NCBI GenBank assembly: GCA_963678315.1 | Contig: OY782781.1 | Span: 32,001-96,000 of the forward strand | Length of the DNA: 64,000 bases | Direction: 5' to 3' | Source: Candidatus Cloacimonadales bacterium | Lineage (GTDB): Bacteria > Cloacimonadota > Cloacimonadia > Cloacimonadales > JAFGVF01 | Program-made: the position numbers and the translations under genes | The notes under the pieces: model-generated | Told to the model about the DNA's origin: nothing | What the model saw: the letters and a program-made list of their open reading frames with translations, nothing else | Database searches by the model: none | Shown here: positions 50,840 through 60,104 of the stretch, in pieces | Numbering within the stretch: position 1 is the first letter of the stretch | Layout: each line of letters starts with the position of its first letter

Positions 50840-53800
50840 TTAATCCACTAGTTCAGCAGCTATTAGTTCAGCTTGTTTCAATACCGTCTCTGTTGCTAGT
50901 TTTTGCATATCTGGTGGATAACCATATTTACGAAGTGTTCTTTTGATAATCACTTTCAATTTAGCTCTCACACTTTCTTTAATAGTCCAGTCTATAGAAG
51001 CATTCTGTCTGACTTTCTCGGTAAGTGCTACAGCTAGCTCTCTAAGCTTCTCTTGTAGCATCAATTCTCTTGCACTATCATTGTTGGCTACAGCTGTATA
51101 GAAAGCATATTCATAATCAGTTAAGCCCATATTCTTAGCTAGGTCATCAGCTTTGACAATTTCTTTACTCAGATTAATTAGTTCATCAATGACTTCAGCA
51201 GCAGTAAGTATCTTGTTCTGATACTTCCTAATGGTATTTTCTAACATTTCCATGAAGGATTTACTATTTACTAAATTCTTCTTAGCCCTAGTTTTAATCT
51301 CATCATTTAGAAGTTTTTTAAGGACTTCCATAGCAACATTCTTATGTTGCATATCTCTAAGTTCCTGCAAGAACTCTTCAGATAGTATTGATATATTAGG
51401 CTTCTTTATTCCAGCAGCATCAAAGACATCTATTACTTGATCTGTTACTAAGGCTTTATCAATAACCTGTCTAATTGTTGTTTCTAAGTCTTCATCAGAT
51501 TTCCCATTACTTGTAGTAGAGAATTTAGCTAGGCGAGCCTTGACAGCTTGGAAGAAAGAAACTTCTTCTTTAACATCCATTGCTTGCTCATGAGGTACAG
51601 CTATAGCAAATGCCTTTGAGAGAGCTGCTACTTCTTTTATAAATCTATTTTTCCCATCTTCAATGGTCAAGATGTGCTCTTCAGCTCCTAGGATTGTAGA
51701 CAGCTTTTTAGAAGTATCTGCTTCAAAATATTCTTCATAAGGGAAGCCATGGAACATCTGGGAAAGAACTTCCAACTTTTCTAGCATCAACTGAACTGCT
51801 TGTTCTTGTAAGATAGTAGGATCCCCTTTACCTCCAGCATCAGAATAGAAAGAAAGAGCTTGCTTTAAATCAGAAGCTATTCCTAGATAATCTACTATTA
51901 ATCCGCCTGGTTTATCCTTATAGACTCTATTTACTCTTGCTATAGCCTGCATTAGATTATGCCCTTTCATTGACTTATCTATGTAAAGGGTATGCAAACA
52001 AGGAACATCAAAGCCTGTTAGCCACATATCTCTGACAATAACCATCTTTAATTGGTCATTAGGATCTCGCATCCTATCAGCTAGCATCTTTCTTTCTTGC
52101 TTTGTTGTATGATGTTTTGCTATCTGAGGACCGTCAGCAGAAGCAGATGTCATTACAACTTTGATAGAACCTTTATCTAAATCATCAGAATGCCAATCTG
52201 GATTAAGGGCTACTATTTCATCATATAGTTTCGCTGCTATTCTTCGAGACATACATACAATCATGGCTTTACCAACAAAGACTTCTTGTCTCTGTTCAAA
52301 ATGACAAACAATATCTTTCGCTATTTTCTTTATTCTATTCTGAGATCCTATCAAAGCTTCTAAGGTTGCCCATTTGGCTTTTAACTGCTCACTTCTACTG
52401 TATTCAGCTAATTCTTCATCAACCTCTTGAATTAACTTCTTACCCTCTTCAGTCATGGCTATTTTAGCTAATCTACTTTCATAATAGATTTTAACAGTTG
52501 CTCCATCCTCTACTGCCTGTGCAATGTCATAAACATCAATATAGTTACCAAAGACAGCTGGAGTATTAATATCATTACTTTCAATAGGTGTACCTGTAAA
52601 GCCTATGTAGCTGGCATTAGGAAGAGCATCTCGCATATACTTGGCAAAGCCATAAACTATCTTCTTGCCAATCACATTACCAACAGAATCTTTTTCATCA
52701 ACTGTTTTAGGCTTGAATCCATACTGGGTTCTATGAGCTTCGTCTGCAATAACCACAATGTTATCTCTTTCTGATAAGGTTTCATAAACATTTCCATCTT
52801 CCGGTTGGAACTTCTGAATAGTAGAGAAGATTACTCCACCTGAAGCTACTTTCAAATACTCTTTTAAGACTTGTCTGTTATCTGCCTGCTTGGGAACTTG
52901 TCGCAATAACTGAGTGCAAGAAGCAAAGGTATCAAAGAGCTGATCATCAAGATCATTTCTATCTGTTATTATTAGAATAGTTGGATTGTTCAATGCTAAA
53001 ACTATCTTACCTGTATAAAATACCATAGAAAGAGATTTACCAGAACCCTGTGTATGCCAAACGACACCACTCTTTCTATCCCCAAGCTTTTGCTGTGATA
53101 CTCCCACAACACCATAAGATTCGGGAGATTCTTCCCATTTATCTAAGTCCCCTTTAGGGGATTTAGGGGCTAGGGATTTAGGGGCTAGGGATTTAGGGGC
53201 TAGGGAATTTGCAGCCCTTAAAGTAGATTGAACTGCCCTGTTAACAGCATAATACTGGTGGTATGCTGCCATCTTTTTAATTGTAGTAATGGTCGTAATG
53301 CCTGTCTTTGCATCTTCTTTCTTAGATTTCTCAAAAACAATAAAATGTCTTATCAAGTCTAATAAGGTTTCTTTATTTAGCATTCCCTTGATAAGTATTT
53401 CTAACTGACTTAGCAGATTAGAAGCCTCTTCCTTGCCATCTGCTGACCTCCAAGCCATAAAACGTGTAAATCCAGCAGATAAAGACCCTGCCTTTGCTTC
53501 CAAGCCATCAGAAACTATCATAAAGCCATTATAAGTAAATAGACTAGGAATTGTGCTTTTATAAGTCTGCAACTGCCGATAAGCAGATCTTACACTAGCA
53601 TTTTCATCAGCAGGATTTTTAAGCTCTATCACCACTAAAGGAAGACCATTTACAAATAGAATTACGTCAGGTCTTTTGGCTCCTAAATCCCCTAAATGGG
53701 ACTTGTATTTTACTGTGAATTGATTAGCTACCACAAAATCATTGTTTTCAGGATTAGCAAAGTCTATTAAATTTACTAAATCACCCCTTGAATGATTATC

Positions 53801-54109
53801 AAGCTGATATACTACCTTAATCCCCTCGGTTAACATCCTATGAAATTCTTCATTGTTGCTAATTAAATCAGGTGAATTTATCCTTTGAATCTCTTTTATT
53901 GCTTCTTCCAATACCTCTTTCGCTAAGTGAGGATTAATCCTTTCAGTTGCTTCTCTTAACCTATCCAAGAGTAACACCTGTTCATAACTTTCTCTTTCAG
54001 CTCTACTTGAATCTGGTCCAATGTCTGGTCCGTAAATGTATCGGTATCCTAATCTTTCTAACAACTTTATGCTAAAAGTTTCTATGGTTGATTCGGTTAG
54101 TTTAGTCAT
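50840..54109 (-). CDS. hsdR: Type I restriction endonuclease subunit R
   Basis: RPD...IELK nuclease motif, HTQGSGKS, DEAHR, FTGTP, MWLTGFD, QAIARVNR. Confidence 0.97.
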   Translation of the reverse strand: MTKLTESTIETFSIKLLERLGYRYIYGPDIGPDSSRAERESYEQVLLLDRLREATERINPHLAKEVLEEAIKEIQRINSPDLISNNEEFHRMLTEGIKVVYQLDNHSRGDLVNLIDFANPENNDFVVANQFTVKYKSHLGDLGAKRPDVILFVNGLPLVVIELKNPADENASVRSAYRQLQTYKSTIPSLFTYNGFMIVSDGLEAKAGSLSAGFTRFMAWRSADGKEEASNLLSQLEILIKGMLNKETLLDLIRHFIVFEKSKKEDAKTGITTITTIKKMAAYHQYYAVNRAVQSTLRAANSLAPKSLAPKSLAPKSPKGDLDKWEESPESYGVVGVSQQKLGDRKSGVVWHTQGSGKSLSMVFYTGKIVLALNNPTILIITDRNDLDDQLFDTFASCTQLLRQVPKQADNRQVLKEYLKVASGGVIFSTIQKFQPEDGNVYETLSERDNIVVIADEAHRTQYGFKPKTVDEKDSVGNVIGKKIVYGFAKYMRDALPNASYIGFTGTPIESNDINTPAVFGNYIDVYDIAQAVEDGATVKIYYESRLAKIAMTEEGKKLIQEVDEELAEYSRSEQLKAKWATLEALIGSQNRIKKIAKDIVCHFEQRQEVFVGKAMIVCMSRRIAAKLYDEIVALNPDWHSDDLDKGSIKVVMTSASADGPQIAKHHTTKQERKMLADRMRDPNDQLKMVIVRDMWLTGFDVPCLHTLYIDKSMKGHNLMQAIARVNRVYKDKPGGLIVDYLGIASDLKQALSFYSDAGGKGDPTILQEQAVQLMLEKLEVLSQMFHGFPYEEYFEADTSKKLSTILGAEEHILTIEDGKNRFIKEVAALSKAFAIAVPHEQAMDVKEEVSFFQAVKARLAKFSTTSNGKSDEDLETTIRQVIDKALVTDQVIDVFDAAGIKKPNISILSEEFLQELRDMQHKNVAMEVLKKLLNDEIKTRAKKNLVNSKSFMEMLENTIRKYQNKILTAAEVIDELINLSKEIVKADDLAKNMGLTDYEYAFYTAVANNDSARELMLQEKLRELAVALTEKVRQNASIDWTIKESVRAKLKVIIKRTLRKYGYPPDMQKLATETVLKQAELIAAELVD
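53145..53206. repeat. In-frame family B motif plus 15-bp tandem repeats within hsdR
   Basis: AAGTCCCCTTTAGGGGATTTAGGGGCT + 2x AGGGATTTAGGGGCT + partial unit; encodes [21 protein letters not shown]. Confidence 0.92.
53679..53704. repeat. In-frame family B motif (opposite orientation, 2 mismatches) within hsdR
   Basis: GCTCCTAAATCCCCTAAATGGGACTT; encodes KSHLGDLGA just before the RPD motif. Confidence 0.85.
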
Positions 54110-54118
54110 AGATAACTC

Positions 54119-55813
54119 TTATTTATGTGTGTTCTCAAATTGGATTTTCCAGATAGAAGTAGCATTTTTAGCCATCCATTGTTGGCGACTTACAATTTCA
54201 TCTGGACCCCAATCATCATAATATTTTGCAACACCAGATGTAGTTTTGAACATAGATTCTTTTAAAATATCTTTTTTTTCAGTGTAAGGTAAATTTTGAA
54301 TATCATTGTTTTTCCCTTTTTCTAAAAGAGAAAGATTCCCTAATCTATATTTGTATTTATCAATAATATTATCATCTATATCCCAACTATCATCTGGGTT
54401 TTGTGGTAATATGTGTTCTATTGTATTCGTTTCACTTGTAAAATCATATGCCACATTAGCTACACAATTCTCTAAACTGATTAAAATATATTTTATGACC
54501 TTTCTATTTCTAGAGTTGTTTCTTAATTCTTTATTAGTAAAACTAATTTTAAACTCATCATCTGATGGATATATTTCTTTAAAATCAGATAAACTAAAAT
54601 CACCTGTATTTTCGATAGAAACTGCAATTTTATTAAATACGCCCTCTTGGTCATTTGGATTTAATCCACCAATGATATTATAACGCATATATATTACAGT
54701 AGTAATTCTTAGTATTTTTTTGAAGTCATCCTCATCTAGCTTATTGTAAGCAGATATTAACAAAGAAATTGGTTGTTTTGCTCCAAATATTTTTAGTTCA
54801 GTTAAACTTTTTACAATTTCTTTCTTACCTTGCCATAATTCATCATTAGGGTTTTGAAGAGCTACAAATATATCAGCTTTTTCTACTAAATCTCTTAACA
54901 ATTCGAAAACATCTTTTTTAGTGGAAATGTTTCTTTTAATAACCTTAAAAAGATCATTCTTCCTAACAGTTTTATTTTTACTATTCCAATAGTAGCGTAA
55001 ATATTCTTGTATCTTTAAGTTACCTAATTTTGTAAAGATTTGCTCCCAATATAACTCAAGTTGTGTAAAATCTTCCCTATGAGCCCCAACTGGATCAGTG
55101 TCAACAGTCGAAAATAAGTAGTTTTTTAGTAAATCTGAAGAAGATAATTGCACTCCTCGAGCATTAAGAGTTTCGAATACCTTATATGCATTAAGCTCGT
55201 CTCCTACAGTAATTACAGTAAAGAATAATTGATCTACAATTTTATCTATAAATTTAGTTAACTCTTGACCTGTTTTAAAATGAGATAACCTCTTAGAAAA
55301 CCATTCAAAACAAGCTCGCATAAGTTTTTCAGAAGAGTTTGTCCCTCTTTGTGGTATTTTTTCAAGAGGAACAATATAAGCTCTGTAAAACTTATCGTTA
55401 TTGTGATTGAGTTTAAGTTTATTCTGAGGTACTAATGTAACTGGATCAAGATAACCAATATAACTATTCTGGAGTTGTTCTCTACGTTTTCTATTACTTT
55501 CAGGGTCAACACCTTTTTCTTCAAGTTCCTTGAGATGTTTTAATGTCGCTATAATTAATAATGACATTGTTGTAATTCTTTGCTGACCATCGATTATTTT
55601 ATGTTGTTTATTATCCTTAGTTTGCAGAACTAAATATCCCATATAATGATATTTTTCTGTTCCCTTATATAAATCATCTAAATCTTGCCATAAATCATCC
55701 CAGTTTTCTGTCTCCCATGAATAATCACGTTGAAATTTTGGTACAACATAGGTTAAACCATTTCCTAGTATTTTCCGAAAGGTTAAAGTCGAAGTATCTC
55801 TGATTCCATCCAT
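54119..55813 (-). CDS. DUF262 + DUF1524 (HNH) protein, GmrSD/RloF-like
   Basis: PKFQRDYSW, IIDGQQRITT, FETLNARG, TIEHILPQ...LGNLSLL...N. Confidence 0.9.
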   Translation of the reverse strand: MDGIRDTSTLTFRKILGNGLTYVVPKFQRDYSWETENWDDLWQDLDDLYKGTEKYHYMGYLVLQTKDNKQHKIIDGQQRITTMSLLIIATLKHLKELEEKGVDPESNRKRREQLQNSYIGYLDPVTLVPQNKLKLNHNNDKFYRAYIVPLEKIPQRGTNSSEKLMRACFEWFSKRLSHFKTGQELTKFIDKIVDQLFFTVITVGDELNAYKVFETLNARGVQLSSSDLLKNYLFSTVDTDPVGAHREDFTQLELYWEQIFTKLGNLKIQEYLRYYWNSKNKTVRKNDLFKVIKRNISTKKDVFELLRDLVEKADIFVALQNPNDELWQGKKEIVKSLTELKIFGAKQPISLLISAYNKLDEDDFKKILRITTVIYMRYNIIGGLNPNDQEGVFNKIAVSIENTGDFSLSDFKEIYPSDDEFKISFTNKELRNNSRNRKVIKYILISLENCVANVAYDFTSETNTIEHILPQNPDDSWDIDDNIIDKYKYRLGNLSLLEKGKNNDIQNLPYTEKKDILKESMFKTTSGVAKYYDDWGPDEIVSRQQWMAKNATSIWKIQFENTHK

Positions 55814-55814
55814 T

Positions 55815-57230
55815 TTAAAGCCCCTTTCTCTTTTGATTTGTTTCTCTATATATTCTCACTTCTCCACTCATTAGTTTTGGTAATAAACCTTTTCTAAGAT
55901 TGATAAGTGTATTGATTTCTTTCGTATTAATAATGATTTTTAAATCTAGTTGATTAACTTCATTTTGAAACTTATCAATTATATTTATACTTGGAATAGT
56001 AACTTTAAGCTCCGATAAATCCTTTTTATTTATTGAACCAAATACTGTTCCTTCATCATTAAACTTTCCTATTTCATGTAATAATGACCTAAGTTTGTAA
56101 TAGCAATAGGTATAGTATTTTGGGTTATCTTTATAACGCAACCTAGCCACTCCACGACCTATACAGCACCTTTCTTCTGACATATTTAGAGCTCCTACAG
56201 GTGCACGAACACTAACCAATGTATCAAACTGCTCAGCTATTCTTTTAGGTTCAACAGTAAATACTCTTCTTTTGGGAAACCTGAAACCAAAATCAGCATT
56301 ACCTTGATACATTGGAATACCTATTCCACTCTTGTTAAATGAAGTTCCCTGTGGTGATTGCCCCATTAAAACATCAAATTCATTCCCTAATTTTCCCTCT
56401 TCCCAACTCTCATCTCTCTCCTCAATAAACCACTGCCTAAATAGTGTTTCAGCCATCTCTTCTAAAGTCTTGTTCTGTCTGTGAAGTAAATCTATCTTAT
56501 CATCTAAACTAGATAATACTTCTGCTATGGCTTTTTGCTCGGGAAGGGGTGGTAACATAAAAGATTGATCATAAACAGTATTCCTATTTAATCCTGGGAC
56601 AGCACTATCACTATTCAAATCATTTAATCCTAAAGTTTGTAAAAGATAATACATAAAATTAAAATTGAATTTTTCATCATTAGCTAAAATATAATAAACT
56701 GTATCAATACAGTAAAAAGGTGATTCAGATTTATAAACGGTCCCAATTGTGCCTTTTCTACCTACAATTATCCCCCTAGAATTGACTAAAGGTTCATTAT
56801 GATAACCTGTTATACCGGCTGAACTATAAACAGGAATATCGCCTATAATTCGTTTATTAGCAACTAAACTTTTCCCATAATATAAATTAATGATTTCACC
56901 AAGCTTAACCTCTTTCCACTCCTCTTTTCTTTGAAAGATAACTTTTCCTTTTGTTTGGATATGTTTTTTAAGTTCAGGAGATTGAATAGTATTATAGGCT
57001 ATAATATCGAAGAAGAAGGGTAAGTAAGTTTCTTCTTCCAAGTGATCTTTAATTTTTGCAGAGAGGAGTAAATCACATTTTTCGCCTATGAGAGCGATAT
57101 CCACATCGGAAGCTTCTTTAAAGGTGTTTATAGCACGAGAGCCGAAGATTATAGCTTTATCTACTTCTTGATAGGAAGAGATGATTGCTATAATTTCTTG
57201 CACTTGCTTTTCTGTTAATCCGTATTTCAT
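55815..57230 (-). CDS. hsdS: Fusion: minimal nucleotidyltransferase (MNT) + type I specificity subunit
   Basis: aa 1-100 contain GS-X10-DXD (GSRAINTFKEASDVD) and FFDII; then two TRDs with conserved regions PPLPEQKAIAEVLSSLDDKI and LLPKLMSGEVR. Confidence 0.92.
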   Translation of the reverse strand: MKYGLTEKQVQEIIAIISSYQEVDKAIIFGSRAINTFKEASDVDIALIGEKCDLLLSAKIKDHLEEETYLPFFFDIIAYNTIQSPELKKHIQTKGKVIFQRKEEWKEVKLGEIINLYYGKSLVANKRIIGDIPVYSSAGITGYHNEPLVNSRGIIVGRKGTIGTVYKSESPFYCIDTVYYILANDEKFNFNFMYYLLQTLGLNDLNSDSAVPGLNRNTVYDQSFMLPPLPEQKAIAEVLSSLDDKIDLLHRQNKTLEEMAETLFRQWFIEERDESWEEGKLGNEFDVLMGQSPQGTSFNKSGIGIPMYQGNADFGFRFPKRRVFTVEPKRIAEQFDTLVSVRAPVGALNMSEERCCIGRGVARLRYKDNPKYYTYCYYKLRSLLHEIGKFNDEGTVFGSINKKDLSELKVTIPSINIIDKFQNEVNQLDLKIIINTKEINTLINLRKGLLPKLMSGEVRIYRETNQKRKGL

Positions 57231-57631
57231 AGTTCTTTTTTTAAGCTATGGTAGAGGTCTCTAGTGATGGGATAGAAATCATTTATTACAAAGTTTAAAG
57301 TTTGCAGGAGAATTTTCTCGTCATAGATATGGCTTGTTAGGTTTCTAAGTTGGAGAGCTTGCATCCAGGATTCAGCATCAGTTATCAGTTCATCTTGAAA
57401 GGCTTGTCTAATAGCCTGTTTTCCATTTTTTACATTATCATAGCCTTGGTTCTCTAGATAATCTTTGATTACTTTCCATGATAACTCAATTAGCATTTCA
57501 AAACGTTGGATTATCCCTTCTTTTTCTAATTTACTAAAGGATTCAATATCTTTTTGAGCAACTTCATCTAAGAGAAGGAAGGCTTTTTCAAAGTTTTGAA
57601 AGCGTTGTTTCCAGCGAATATCGTTATTCAT
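57227..57631 (-). CDS. HEPN-domain protein (HI0074/HepT-like), putative RNase toxin
   Basis: RWKQRFQNF, GIIQRFE, RNLTSHIY (RX4HXY); ATGA overlap with the MNT-hsdS gene. Confidence 0.88.
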   Translation of the reverse strand: MNNDIRWKQRFQNFEKAFLLLDEVAQKDIESFSKLEKEGIIQRFEMLIELSWKVIKDYLENQGYDNVKNGKQAIRQAFQDELITDAESWMQALQLRNLTSHIYDEKILLQTLNFVINDFYPITRDLYHSLKKEL

Positions 57632-57677
57632 TTATAGCTCCTATAACTAATTTTAGTTAATAGTTCTTTATGTTTAG

Positions 57678-57696
57678 TGGTCACAATTTGTGACCA
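57678..57696. promoter_or_regulatory. Perfect 19-bp palindrome upstream of the HEPN gene (candidate operator)
   Basis: TGGTCACAA-T-TTGTGACCA. Confidence 0.5.
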
Positions 57697-57704
57697 GTTA
57701 TAAG

Positions 57705-59915
57705 TTAATTATTATTTTCATCCTCAGGCATCTTTACTTTTGCTAAATTCTCTAAGATTCTCTTATTAAGTTCATCTTCTTCTTTTAACTGCTCTAGAAA
57801 TTCAGCTTTTAGTTTAGTAAATCTTTCTACAAAATCAAAATCATCATCTTCTTCAGCAAGTCCTACATAACGACCTGGAGTGAGAACATAATCAAGTTCT
57901 TTAACTTGATCTATGCTTGCAGATTTACAAAAGCCAGGAATATCACAATAAAGCCCAGCCCCTAAATCCCCTAAAGGGGACTTTAAAGAAGATCCTAAAT
58001 CCCCTAAAGGGGACTTTAAAGAAGATCCTAAATCCCCTAAAGGGGTCTTTAAAGAAGATCCTAAATCCCCTAAAGGGGACTTAAAAGGGGACTTTGAAGA
58101 AGGTTTTAAAAGTTCTTTTTTGATTTTATCTACAACTGTTTTCAGACTGTTTAAAACTTCTTCGTTACTAAAGCGAATAACTTTATATCCATGTTTTTCT
58201 AGTACTTGAGTTCTTTCAGCATCTGCTTCTTGTTGCTTTTCATGAATTTTTCCATCAACTTCAATAATTAAGGATTTTTCAAGGCTACAGAAATCTACAA
58301 TATAGCGATTTATCACATGCTGTTGTCTAAATTTCACACCAAGCTGCTTATTTCTTAATTGCTCCCATAAAACACTTTCTGCTACAGTTGGATTATTACG
58401 CATTTCAATTGCCTTTTCTTTCATTATACTATACAAAGCAGGATCAGCTGAATTAATAACTGATGGCTTTAGTCTTCCAAAGTCCCCTTTAAAGCCCTCT
58501 TTCTCAAAGTCCCCTTTAGGGGATTTAGGGGCTGCCCTCTTCCACTTTCTATAAGTTTCGGCAATTTCCAGTATGTCTTCATGTGATAATTCTTTAGTTC
58601 TGCGATTGATTAAGTGCCCCATATTACGGGCATCAATAAAGAGGATTCTTCCTCTCAAGTCCCCTTTCTTAAAGTCCCCTTTAGGGGATTTAGGGGCTTG
58701 GGATTTAGGGGCTTGGGATTTAGGGGCTTGGGATTTAGGGGCTTGGGATTTAGGGGCTGGCCTTTTCCTCACAAACCAAAGAGACGCAGGTATTTGAGTA
58801 TTTAAGAATAGTTTAGCAGGTAGATTAACCACGCACTCAATCAAGCCAGCTTCGATAAGTTCTTTTCTGATATCACCTTCCCCAGAAGTTTTGGAAGTAA
58901 GTGAGCCTTTAGCTAGGACAAATCCTGCTAAGCCATTAGGTGCGAGATGATAGATAAAGTGTTGAATCCAAGCATAGTTAGCATTTCCAGCAGGAGGTGT
59001 ACCATATTTCCAGCGACCATCATTGCTTAGTAATTCTCCGCTCCAATCACTTACATTAAAAGGGGGATTGGCTATAATATAGTCAGCTTTTAAATCCTTA
59101 TGAGCATCATTTAAAAAAGAACCTTCATTATTCCATTTGACCTGAGAAGAATCAATTCCTCTGATAGCTAGGTTCATTTTGCAAAGTCGCCAGGTTGTTT
59201 GATTACTTTCTTGTCCATAGATAGAAATATCGTTTATTTTGCCTTGATGTTGGGAAATGAATTTATCTGATTGAACAAACATACCACCAGAACCACAGCA
59301 AGGGTCAAAGACTCTACCTTTGTAGGGTTCAAGCATTTCGACTAGGAGTTCAACAACAGACCTTGGAGTATAGAATTGTCCTCCTTTTTTACCTTCTGCT
59401 AAAGCAAATTCTCCTAAAAAATACTCAAAAACATGTCCTAAAACATCAGCACTTCTTGATTTTGCATCTCCTAAAGCTATATTACCGATTAAATCTATTA
59501 GTTCACCTAATTTTGTTGGATCTAAGTTCTGTCTGGCATAAACTTTTGGAAGAACTCCTTTAAGGGAGGAGTTTTCTTTTTCAATAGCATCCATAGCATC
59601 ATCAACTATCTTGCCTATTGTTGGGTCTTTTGCACTTGCTAAGAGATAGTTCCATCGTGCTTTGCTAGGAACAAAGAAGACATTTTCAGCCTTGTATTCA
59701 TCCCTATCTTCAGGATCAGCTCCTTCATATTCACCTTGACCAGCAAGTAATTTTTCATACAATTCTTCAAAAGCATCGGATATATATTTTAGGAAGACCA
59801 GTCCAAGAACAACATGTTTATATTCTGCTGCATCAATATTCTTTCTAAGCTTATCAGCAGATTTCCATAATTGTTTTTCGATTGCTTCTTCTTTAATCTC
59901 TTTCTTTTTAGCCAT
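57705..59915 (-). CDS. hsdM: Type I N6-adenine methyltransferase subunit M with in-frame repeat and DUF559 insertions
   Basis: [43 protein letters not shown]. Confidence 0.96.
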   Translation of the reverse strand: MAKKKEIKEEAIEKQLWKSADKLRKNIDAAEYKHVVLGLVFLKYISDAFEELYEKLLAGQGEYEGADPEDRDEYKAENVFFVPSKARWNYLLASAKDPTIGKIVDDAMDAIEKENSSLKGVLPKVYARQNLDPTKLGELIDLIGNIALGDAKSRSADVLGHVFEYFLGEFALAEGKKGGQFYTPRSVVELLVEMLEPYKGRVFDPCCGSGGMFVQSDKFISQHQGKINDISIYGQESNQTTWRLCKMNLAIRGIDSSQVKWNNEGSFLNDAHKDLKADYIIANPPFNVSDWSGELLSNDGRWKYGTPPAGNANYAWIQHFIYHLAPNGLAGFVLAKGSLTSKTSGEGDIRKELIEAGLIECVVNLPAKLFLNTQIPASLWFVRKRPAPKSQAPKSQAPKSQAPKSQAPKSPKGDFKKGDLRGRILFIDARNMGHLINRRTKELSHEDILEIAETYRKWKRAAPKSPKGDFEKEGFKGDFGRLKPSVINSADPALYSIMKEKAIEMRNNPTVAESVLWEQLRNKQLGVKFRQQHVINRYIVDFCSLEKSLIIEVDGKIHEKQQEADAERTQVLEKHGYKVIRFSNEEVLNSLKTVVDKIKKELLKPSSKSPFKSPLGDLGSSLKTPLGDLGSSLKSPLGDLGSSLKSPLGDLGAGLYCDIPGFCKSASIDQVKELDYVLTPGRYVGLAEEDDDFDFVERFTKLKAEFLEQLKEEDELNKRILENLAKVKMPEDENNN
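57956..58534 (-). mobile_element. Candidate 579-bp in-frame element: DUF559/Vsr-like nuclease bounded by perfect 29-bp inverted repeats
   Basis: CAGCCCCTAAATCCCCTAAAGGGGACTTT (57956-57984) and its exact reverse complement (58506-58534); domain [40 protein letters not shown] at about 58107-58424. Confidence 0.72.
57961..58095. repeat. 33-bp tandem repeat (3 full + 1 partial) of family B motif in hsdM
   Basis: CCTAAATCCCCTAAAGGGGACTTTAAAGAAGAT units at 57961, 57994, 58027, 58060; encodes ([11 protein letters not shown])n. Confidence 0.93.
58657..58758. repeat. In-frame family B motif plus 4x 15-bp tandem repeat in hsdM
   Basis: AAAGTCCCCTTTAGGGGATTTAGGGGCT (58671-58698) + 4x TGGGATTTAGGGGCT; encodes (APKSQ)4APKSPKGDF. 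Confidence 0.93.
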
Positions 59916-60104
59916 AACTTCTCCTTTTCTTAATAATGAATCTCTGCTATTATTTATATTAATTTCAGAATAAAAGCAGATTAGAGAATCATTATCAGTA
60001 GCTTATTTGCTATCAAACCCAGATATAATGATAAGCTTACAATATACATTTTATATGTCAAGTAAATAAGGCTTATTCTCTGGGTAGCTATTAGTCAAAA
60101 CTTA

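Noticed and set aside
57961..58095. 33-bp repeats as a CRISPR array
   Set aside because: Units are directly adjacent with no unique spacers, lie inside an open gene, and no cas genes are in the window.
57956..58534. Intein or group I/II intron in hsdM
   Set aside because: No Cys/Ser start or His-Asn end splice motifs, no RT or LAGLIDADG domain, and too short.
57953..58537. Target-site duplication around the DUF559 cassette (CC/CC or GCCC/GCCC)
   Set aside because: Too short and low-complexity, overlaps the inverted repeat, and removing element plus duplication (581 bp) would break the frame; needs an empty allele to judge.
58573..58805. Two + strand ORFs with DLGAW / GFRGL repeats
   Set aside because: Antisense shadows of hsdM; the 15-mer simply lacks stops in four of six frames.
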